Of a stretch of 64,000 nucleotides of DNA, positions 1-7,399 are shown piece by piece. The translations under genes were made by a program, and so were the position numbers. Position 1 is the first letter of the stretch. Each line of letters starts with the position of its first letter. Source of the stretch: Eledone cirrhosa (lineage: Eukaryota); NCBI GenBank assembly GCA_964016885.1, contig OZ024740.1, positions 418,748,001 through 418,812,000 of the forward strand, given 5' to 3'. The notes below the pieces were generated by a model that was not told where the DNA came from, did not search any database, and was given only the letters and a program-made list of their open reading frames with translations.

Positions 1-937
1 CAACTTCTAGTGCTCTGCACCTTTTTATGCAGCTGTCATCCTTCATACGCATCACATGTCCATACCAGCGCAACCGCCTCTCCTGCACACAGCATTTGAT
101 TCCTCTTATGCTCAGTCTCTCTCTCAATTCATTTATGCTTTGTCGTTCACGTATATTACTGTTACACATCCATCGGAGCATGCAGGCTTCGTTTCTCTCT
201 AATCTACGTAAGTCTTCCACCTTCAGCGCCCAGGTCTCACTACCATGCAACATTGCTGTTCGGATACACGCATCATACAGTCTGCCTTTCATTCTGAGGG
301 AGAAGCCTTTTGCAGCTAGCAGTGGTAGTAGTTCCCTGAACTTCTTCCATCCCGTTCTTACCCTAGTTATTATACTTTCTGAACACCCACCTCCGCTGCT
401 AATTCGGTCACCTAGGTAGCAGAAGTTGTCTACTGTTTCTACAGAGCCCTCCCAGAGATTGGTGGTACTTGTTTCCTGTGGCTGTTTGCTGCTTGCTGTC
501 TCAGCACAGCTGCTGCATGTGAAGCCTACATTCTTAATTAAGCTTCCTGAGATCCCGCTACATCTCTTGTGTACCCATTGTTTGCATTTGGGGCAGAGAA
601 TGGAGTTCCTACCTACACCTTTCCTACATACTGAGCAAGGCCATTTCCCTGAGGGGATCTGGGTTCTGTTTTCTCGTCTACTTACAAGGACCTTAGTCTT
701 TGTCATGTTGACTTTGAGACCCTTTCTTTCTAGTCCCTGCTTCGAAGTTTGGAATTTCTTCTCTAATTCTACCATAGATTCAGCTATGAATTCGAGGTCA
801 TCAGCATACAGGAGTTCCCATGGGCATCCGGTCTTAAACTCCTCCGTTATTGCCTGCAGGACTATGATGAACAGGAGGGGCTAAGAACAGAGCCCTGGTA
901 GTCCCCAACTTGTACGCTAAATTCCTCGCTATACTCA
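1..937 (-). mobile_element. RTE LINE subfamily A, older minus-strand copy, 3' part (RT motifs, PHD finger, C-terminus); continues off the left edge
   Basis: Near-identical reverse complement of ~2866-3799; has a 1-nt deletion near 878 and substitutions. The + strand ORFs 27..419 and 426..884 are its antisense shadows. Confidence 0.95.
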
Positions 938-3900
938 ATGTAGGCTCAATGAAAGGAAGAGCAGGAGAAATCGTAGAAATGCTAGAGCGAAAGGAAGTTG
1001 ATGTATGCTGTGTGCAAGAGACTAGATGGAGAGGAGGGTCTGCTAGAGTCCTTGTAGGAAAAAGCCAGTGCTACAAATTTTTCTGGGTGGGAAATGACGA
1101 TGGGATGGGTGGTGTAGGTATACTATTAGCTGACAAGTGGGTAGATAAAGTAATCTCAGTGTACAGGGTAAATGCAAGAATCATTAAACTCAGACTAGTC
1201 CTGAATAAGACAATTACCACAATAATATCAGCTTACGCACCCCAATCGGGGCTGCCAGACGAACTTAAGGATAGGTTTTACGAGTCCCTAATACACACTA
1301 CTGCTCTAACAGACGACAAGGACTTCCTAATCATTGCAGGAGATTTTAACGGACACGTAGGTAAACACTGCGACGGCTTCAATAGAGTACATGGAGGCCA
1401 TGGAGTTGGCACAAGGAATGAGGAAGGATTCAGACTTCTAGAATTCTGCGACGCCAATGACATGTCGATATGTAACACAAACTTTAAAAAACCCGACAAC
1501 CACCTGATCACCTATAGATCAGGGGAGCACTCTAGTCAGTTAGATTTTATCCTCATCAGAGGACGTGACAGATGGACGGTCGTAAACACAAAAGCCTTCC
1601 CTAGTGAGGAATGTACATCCCAACATAGCTTAGTTGTCAGCGACCTCACGGTCAGAACTAGACGAGCCCTGAAACAGAGGCCAACCTGGAGAAGAAAGAT
1701 CTGGAAGCTGAAAGTCCCCTCAACCAGTAACAGATTTAAAGATATTTTACTCAACGCCTACGACAGTAAAGAAGAACAGATAGAGACATTTAACGTAGAA
1801 GAGAACTGGGAGTTCCTAAAAAATAACTTACTAGAGGCGACGGATGAGGTTTGTGGCTGGAGTAAGACCTCAAGCAGGAGGAGAGTGACTTGGTGGTGGA
1901 ACAATAAGGTAGATGAAGCAGTCAAGGCCAAGAGACAGGCATGGAAAGAATGGAAGAACGGGGGGAGCAGGGTACATTACATAGAGACCAAGAGGGAAGC
2001 TAGGCGACAAGTATACTTAGCTAGGAGGGAAGCAGAGGATAGAAAATTCAAGCATGTTTTACAACGTGAGGACCAGAAACAGGAGGTATTCAAGATTGCG
2101 AGGCAGTGTGTCAGAGATAGTTGTGATGTCATTGGAGAGAAGTGTATCTGGAATGATAAAGGTGAGCTTGCCCTCACAAGTGCTGAGAAGAAAGATGCAT
2201 GGAAGAGTCATTATGATAGATTACTAAATGAGGAGAATGCATGGGAAGAAGAGACCCTACCCCACGTAGACCCTATAGAGGGACCAGCAGTACAAGTCAG
2301 CGGCAGCGTAGTAAGTAAGGCAATCAGAGATATGAAGATAGGGAAGGCAACCGGTCCATCAGGTATAGCTGCCGAGATGCTGAAGGCATCTGGGTCTGTA
2401 GGTCACACTATAACCACACGTATCGTTAACCAGGTAATACTAGAGGGGGCCATACCAAAAGATTGGTGCAGTAGCATCATTGTCAACTGCTACAAAGGTA
2501 AAGGCGATGCACTAGATAGAGGAAACTATAGAGGTATAAAGTTGATGGACCAGGTCATGAAAGTAACAGAAAGAGTTATAGCACAGCTGATTAGGGACCG
2601 GGTGAATATAGACGAGATGCAATTTGGGTTTGTACCAGGGAAAGGCACCACTGATGCGCTCTTCCTTGTGAGGCAATTACAGGAAAAGTACCTAGCTAAA
2701 AGTAAGCCACTCTACTTGGCATTTGTCGACCTTGAGAAAGCCTTTGACAGAGTTTCACGTGCAGTAATCTGGTGGGCTCTTAGAAAACTAGGAGTAGATG
2801 AATGGCTTGTGAAAGCGGTACAAGCCATGTATAGGGGAGCAGTCAGCAAAGTTAGGATTGGCAATGAGTATAGCGAGGAATTTAGCGTACAGGTTGGGGT
2901 CCACCAGGGCTCTGTTCTTAGCCCTCTCCTGTTCATCATAGTCCTGCAGGCAATAACGGAGGAGTTTAAGACCGGATGCCCATGGGAACTCCTGTATGCT
3001 GATGACCTCGCACTCATAGCTGAATCTATGGTAGAACTAGAGAATAAATTCCAAACCTGGAAGCAGGGACTAGAGAGAAAGGGCCTCAAAGTCAACATGA
3101 CAAAGACTAAGGTCCTTATAAGTAGACGAGAAAACAGAACCCAGATCCCCTCAGGGAAATGGCCTTGCTCAGTATGTAGGAAAGGTGTAGGTAGGAACTC
3201 CATTCTTTGCCCCAAATGCAAACAATGTGTACACAAGAGATGTAGCGGGATCTCAGGAAGCTTAATTAAGAATGTAGGATTCACATGCAGCAGCTGTGCT
3301 GAAACAGCAAGCAAACAGCCACAGGAAACAAGTACCACCAATCTCTGGGAGGGCCCTGTAGAAACAGTAGACAGCTTCTGCTACCTAGGTGACCGAATTA
3401 GCAACGGAGGTGGGTGCTCAGAAAGTACAATAACTAGGGTAAGAACGGGATGGAAGAAGTTTAGGGAACTACTACCACTGCTAGCTGCAAAAGGCTTCTC
3501 CCTCAGAATGAAAGGCAGACTGTATGATGCGTGTATCCGAACAGCGATGTTGCATGGTAGTGAGACCTGGGCGCTGAAGGTGGAAGACTTACGTAGATTA
3601 GAGAGAAACGAAGCATGCATGCTCCGATGGATGTGTAACAGTAATATACGTGAACGACAAAGCATAAATGAATTGAGAGAGAGACTGAGCATAAGAGGAA
3701 TCAAATGCTGCGTGCAGGAGAGGCGGTTACGCTGGTATGGACATGTGATGCGTATGAAGGATGACAGCTGCATAAAAAGGTGCAGAGCACTAGAAGTTGA
3801 TGGAAACCGCGGAGTGGGGAGACCCAAGATGACTTGGGATGAGGTGATAAAAGCCGACCTTACCCAACTACACCTCTCAAAGTCAATGACACACGACCGT

Positions 3901-3957
3901 GACTTCTGGCGTCACGCAGTAATACAGGGTACCCGACCTCCCATAGGTACATGCTGA
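910..3957 (+). CDS. RTE-clade ORF: AP endonuclease + reverse transcriptase with inserted PHD-type finger (first ~9 codons come from the flanking antisense copy; first ATG at 949)
   Basis: APE motifs LNVG, VQET, AYAP, GDFNGH, LDFI, SQH; RT motifs NYRGI, QFGF, FVDLEKAFD, GVHQGSVLSP, YADD, YLG; C-terminal RLRWYGHV and GRPKMTW typical of RTE. Confidence 0.92.
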   Translation: MYAKFLAILNVGSMKGRAGEIVEMLERKEVDVCCVQETRWRGGSARVLVGKSQCYKFFWVGNDDGMGGVGILLADKWVDKVISVYRVNARIIKLRLVLNKTITTIISAYAPQSGLPDELKDRFYESLIHTTALTDDKDFLIIAGDFNGHVGKHCDGFNRVHGGHGVGTRNEEGFRLLEFCDANDMSICNTNFKKPDNHLITYRSGEHSSQLDFILIRGRDRWTVVNTKAFPSEECTSQHSLVVSDLTVRTRRALKQRPTWRRKIWKLKVPSTSNRFKDILLNAYDSKEEQIETFNVEENWEFLKNNLLEATDEVCGWSKTSSRRRVTWWWNNKVDEAVKAKRQAWKEWKNGGSRVHYIETKREARRQVYLARREAEDRKFKHVLQREDQKQEVFKIARQCVRDSCDVIGEKCIWNDKGELALTSAEKKDAWKSHYDRLLNEENAWEEETLPHVDPIEGPAVQVSGSVVSKAIRDMKIGKATGPSGIAAEMLKASGSVGHTITTRIVNQVILEGAIPKDWCSSIIVNCYKGKGDALDRGNYRGIKLMDQVMKVTERVIAQLIRDRVNIDEMQFGFVPGKGTTDALFLVRQLQEKYLAKSKPLYLAFVDLEKAFDRVSRAVIWWALRKLGVDEWLVKAVQAMYRGAVSKVRIGNEYSEEFSVQVGVHQGSVLSPLLFIIVLQAITEEFKTGCPWELLYADDLALIAESMVELENKFQTWKQGLERKGLKVNMTKTKVLISRRENRTQIPSGKWPCSVCRKGVGRNSILCPKCKQCVHKRCSGISGSLIKNVGFTCSSCAETASKQPQETSTTNLWEGPVETVDSFCYLGDRISNGGGCSESTITRVRTGWKKFRELLPLLAAKGFSLRMKGRLYDACIRTAMLHGSETWALKVEDLRRLERNEACMLRWMCNSNIRERQSINELRERLSIRGIKCCVQERRLRWYGHVMRMKDDSCIKRCRALEVDGNRGVGRPKMTWDEVIKADLTQLHLSKSMTHDRDFWRHAVIQGTRPPIGTC

Positions 3958-4253
3958 AGCATATAAACAATTTGCCCCCCCCCCACCGCAAGGTGGTCGT
4001 GGAGGTGCCACGGCAAAAAAGCACCCAGCCCACACTGTAAAGTGGACGTGTAGGCGCCACGAAAAAGCACCCAGCACTCACTGTAAATGAGGTTGGTGTT
4101 AGGAAGGGCATCCAGCTGTAGAAATCAAGCCAGATCAGTTCCTGTATGAGCAAGGCATGGTCAGCCGACCAGACACTGCCCACAACAGGACAACCCGTCT
4201 AACCCATGCTAGCGTGGAAGAACGGACGTAAAACGGTGATGATGATGATGATG
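938..4253 (+). mobile_element. RTE LINE subfamily A, near full-length copy (no 5' UTR) with 3' UTR and (GAT)n tail
   Basis: Single APE+RT ORF, 3' UTR 3958-4235, (GAT)n tail to 4253; ACTCA at 933-937 and 4254-4258 is a probable target-site duplication. Confidence 0.95.
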
Positions 4254-4788
4254 ACTCATTGCTAATCCTAACTTTGCTGACTGCTCCCCTATACATGGCT
4301 TGTACCGCTTTCACAAGCCATTCGTCTACTCCTAGTTTTCTAAGAGCCCACCAGATTACAGCACGTGGAACTCTGTCAAAGGCTTTCTCAAGGTTGACAA
4401 ATGCCAAGTAGAGTGGCTTACTTTTAGCTAGGTACTTTTCCTGTAATTGCCTCACAAGGAAGAGGGCATCAGTGGTGCCTCTTCCTGGTACAAACCCAAA
4501 TTGCATCTCGTCTATTTTCACCCGGTCCCTAATCAACTGTGCTATAACTCTTTCTGTTACTTTCATGACCTGGTCCATCAACTTTATACCTCTATAGTTT
4601 CCTCTATCTAGTGCATCACCTTTACTTTTGTAGCAGTTGACAATGATGCTATTGCACCAATCTTTTGGTATGATACCTTCTAGTATTACCTGGTTAACAA
4701 TACGTGTGGTTATAGTGTGACCTACAGACTCAGATGCCTTCAGCATCTCGGCAGCTATACCCGATGGACCGGTTGCCTTCCCCATCTT
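4254..4788 (-). mobile_element. RTE LINE subfamily A, 5'-truncated upstream part of the same minus-strand copy as 1-937
   Basis: Reverse complement of ~2335-2870; ends (caatgagt) where the 1-937 piece begins; ORF 4135..4794 encodes GKATGPSGI...KAFDRV. Confidence 0.93.
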
Positions 4789-4954
4789 CCCCATAGATGT
4801 CTAACACATTCATCTCATCAGCAACACTTTCATCACATCAGCCATGTTTTACACTTTTGTTTCACCTTTTCATCACATTTCGTCTGCTTTAATATCATTT
4901 TCGTTTACATTTCTGTCTCCATTTCTTCATTTCAAATATTCTTCTATGCATATT

Positions 4955-5257
4955 TGTGTGTGTGTGTGTGGGGGGGGGGGTATTCATGTGTGTGTGTGTG
5001 TAGGTGTATCCATGTGTGTATGTATGGGGGTGTATTCATGTGTGTGTGTGTGTGTGTGAGGGTGTGTGGGTGTGTTGTTGTTGGTAGTGGTGTTGTTGTT
5101 GTTGTTGTTGGTGGTAGTGGTAGTGGTGGTGGTGGTGGTGGTGGTGTTGTTGTTGTTGGTGGTGGTAGTGGGGGTGGTGGTGGTCTTGTTGTTGTTGTTG
5201 GTGGTGTTGTTGTTGTTGTTGTTGTTGGTTGTGGTGGTGGTGGTGTTGTTGTTGTAG
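4955..5257. repeat. Compound microsatellite (TG)n, (G)n, (GTT)n/(GGT)n
   Basis: Directly visible; explains the low-complexity ORFs at 4717-5275. Confidence 0.9.
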
Positions 5258-5329
5258 TCCATTGACTGTTGACATTACTGTAGCTTTTCTTGTTGTTTAT
5301 ATTTAATCTTCTTGTTGATGTTAATGTAT

Positions 5330-5690
5330 CTTTGGTGGGTGGGGCTGATGATTATAGTGGAAGTGTTTGTGGTGGGGGATGATAATGGTGAGTTGTGGTG
5401 GTGGTAGGTGGTGATTGTGGGGGAGTGATAAAGACGGTGTAGTGGTGGTGGGGATAAGAGGCAGATGGTAATTGTAGTGGTGATGGTGGTAGAGATGATA
5501 GACAGATGGTAATGGTGGTGATGGTGGTGGTGGTGGTGGTGGTGGTGGTGGTAATGGTGGTGGTGGTGGTGGTAGAGATGATAGACAGATGGTAATGGTG
5601 GTGATGGTGGTGGTGGTGGTGGTGGTAATGGTGGTGGTGGTGGTGGTGGTAGAGATGATAGACAGATGGTAATGGTGGTGGTGGTGGTAA
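5330..5690. repeat. (GGT)n low-complexity tract with a recurring unit AGAGATGATAGACAGATGGTAATGGTGG
   Basis: Unit recurs at ~5491, ~5574 and ~5651, separated by variable GGT runs. Confidence 0.85.
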
Positions 5691-6076
5691 GTCTCATAAC
5701 CACACTAAACAGCAGTGCGACAACTCCATGTTAAACATGGTATGAATGGAACTGATATTAGATCAATAATTCAAAATAAATCTTTCTTAACTATTTGTTA
5801 TCAAAATAAACACCTAATGAACTTACGGTGGAGCCGGGGTTGGGGTGTGACTAAGAGTCGGGGGGGGGGGGGGGCTCAGAGTCAGGGTGGGGGAATTAGT
5901 GATTAACTTTCAATAGGTTTTATTATTCAAATCAGTTTAAAAAGAAAGACAGTCAAACATCAAAGTTTTTTACCATTTAAATATTTTAATATATTTTGTG
6001 TTTTTATTTATAACCAGTCACTTATTGATCTATTTTTTTTTATTATATATAAATTATATATAATTATGTAAACCCT

Positions 6077-6108
<32 letters not shown>

Positions 6109-6528
6109 GTATAAATGTTTGGAGTTGTAAGGCCAAGACAATGCAGGTATGGATATAGAATATAAATGCAAATGCAAAAGATATTGTTGACAATTAGTCT
6201 TTTACCTTAAATTTATTTAAATATCCTTAATTTTCGAGATAATATCTATTCTTCGGAGGGAAGTAAAGGAGTTAATCCAGTGTTCTAATTAGCTTGCCTA
6301 GTCTTGCTGACTTATATCATTTCCTGCCAGCAAGACTTGGCAAGCTAATTAGAACACTGGATTAACCCCTTTACTTCCCTCCGAAGAAGAAATATTATCT
6401 CAAAAATTAAGGATATTTAAATAAATTTAAGGTAAAAGATTAATTGTCAACAATATCTTTTGCATTTGCATTTATATTCTATATCCATACCTGCATTGTC
6501 TTGGCCTTACAACTCCAAACATTTATAC
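6109..6528. mobile_element. Long inverted repeat (foldback/MITE-like), ~201-bp arms, 18-nt loop
   Basis: 6109-6309 is the reverse complement of 6328-6528 with only a handful of mismatches; ORFs 6008..6193(-) and 6444..6683(+) share an N-terminus for this reason. Confidence 0.8.
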
Positions 6529-6577
6529 CTCATTACACAATGCTTCAAGTAAACTACAATTTCCTCCATATATATAT

Positions 6578-6910
6578 GATAAAGAACACAAGAGCGTCTA
6601 CAACATCAAAAGATTTTTATTGGCTTACAATGTTTCTTCCTTACGTAACCGTAGGATTCGTCAGAGCTATAAAAGGGGTTTGATTGGTGTTATGGACTCT
6701 ACCAACCAAACATTCAAGAACAAAGAGTAAAGAGAGTAAAGAGCAAAAGTAGGGGACGATGAGTCTAATTTTGGTGCGGGAGGGTGGGGTGTGGGTCCTT
6801 GTTTACTAGCTGCGGTCATATTCATTCCCAGGAGTCGAGTGGTTAGCTGAACCATAGATGGGGTGGCGTCGATAGTATGGTGCAGAGGGTGTGCAGAGGC
6901 TACACAACAT

Positions 6911-6915
<5 letters not shown>
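6578..6915 (-). mobile_element. Short non-coding hammerhead-bearing element (retrozyme / Penelope solo-pLTR-like), ~304-nt unit with short terminal redundancy
   Basis: Bounded by (TA)n tracts; contains hammerhead + AATAAA; ACAACATCAA repeated at 6600-6609 and 6904-6913. Confidence 0.6.
6614..6674 (-). ncRNA. Minimal type I hammerhead ribozyme
   Basis: Minus strand reads UUUUAUA-GCU CUGACGA A-UCCUAC-GGUUAC-GUAAGGA-A GAAA C-AUU-GUA^ AGC-C-AAUAAAA: intact CUGANGA and GAAA boxes, stem II, 2-bp stem III, GUA triplet, stem I GCU/AGC extended by UUUUAU/AUAAAA. Confidence 0.72.
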
Positions 6916-6969
<54 letters not shown>

Positions 6970-6984
6970 CACACACATATATAT
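6916..6984. repeat. (TA)n/(CA)n microsatellite
   Basis: Directly visible. Confidence 0.95.
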
Positions 6985-6985
6985 G

Positions 6986-7037
6986 CATCCAACCCATGCA
7001 AGCATGGAAAAATGGAGGTAAAAGCGACAATGATGAT
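6986..7037 (+). mobile_element. Extremely 5'-truncated RTE/SINE 3' terminus (terminal stem-loop plus GAT tail)
   Basis: CATCCAACCCATGCAAGCATGGAAAAATGGAGGTAAAAGCGACAATGATGAT matches the ends at ~4196-4253 and ~10766-10828. Confidence 0.85.
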
Positions 7038-7047
7038 ATATATATAT

Positions 7048-7365
7048 ATCATCATCATCATCATCATCATTTTACGTCCACTTTTCCCTGCTTGTAAGGG
7101 TGGGACGAGAACTGATTCTGGCTTGATTTCTACAGCTGGATGCCCTTCCTAACACCAACCTCATTTACAGTGAGTGCTGGGTGCTTTTTTGCTGTGGCAC
7201 CTCCACGACCACTTTGCAGTGGAATGATATGGACCCAGTCCCTATCATCTCATTTCTACAGCTGAGTAAACTGGAGCAATGTGAAATAAAGTGTCTTGCT
7301 CAAGGAAACAACACATCACCCGGTCTGAGAATTGAACTCACAACTTTTCGATTGCAAGGCCAGTG

Positions 7366-7370
<5 letters not shown>
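7048..7370 (-). mobile_element. tRNA-derived CORE-type SINE with RTE-subfamily-A 3' tail and (GAT)n end
   Basis: Minus strand: B-box GAGTTCAATTC (7329-7339); CORE-like CCTTGAGCAAGACACTTT...CTCCAGTTTACTCAGCTGTAGAAATG; tail closely matching 3987-4140; (ATC)n at 7048-7070. A-box not seen. Confidence 0.8.
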
Positions 7371-7396
<26 letters not shown>

Positions 7397-7399
7397 CAC

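Noticed and set aside
27-884. Plus-strand ORFs 27..419 and 426..884 (and the many minus-strand ORFs within the LINEs) as genes
   Set aside because: They are antisense shadows of RTE coding sequence.
1-937. Twin-priming 5' inversion of the + strand LINE
   Set aside because: The inverted piece duplicates sequence present in the + copy and continues at 4254-4788, so it is a separate, interrupted element.
4795-4840. CUGAUGA on the minus strand (and CTGATGA at ~5345) as further hammerheads
   Set aside because: No correctly placed GAAA box or supporting stems.
4717-5703. Poly-V/G/T/N/Q/H/P ORFs as low-complexity proteins
   Set aside because: They are translations of GT/GTT/GGT microsatellites with no splice or domain support.
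5828-5895. G-quadruplex-forming regulatory element
   Set aside because: G-runs are present, but such tracts are common in this low-complexity context and nothing indicates function.
7300-7370. tRNA gene
   Set aside because: Only a B-box-containing SINE head is present; no cloverleaf or A-box.
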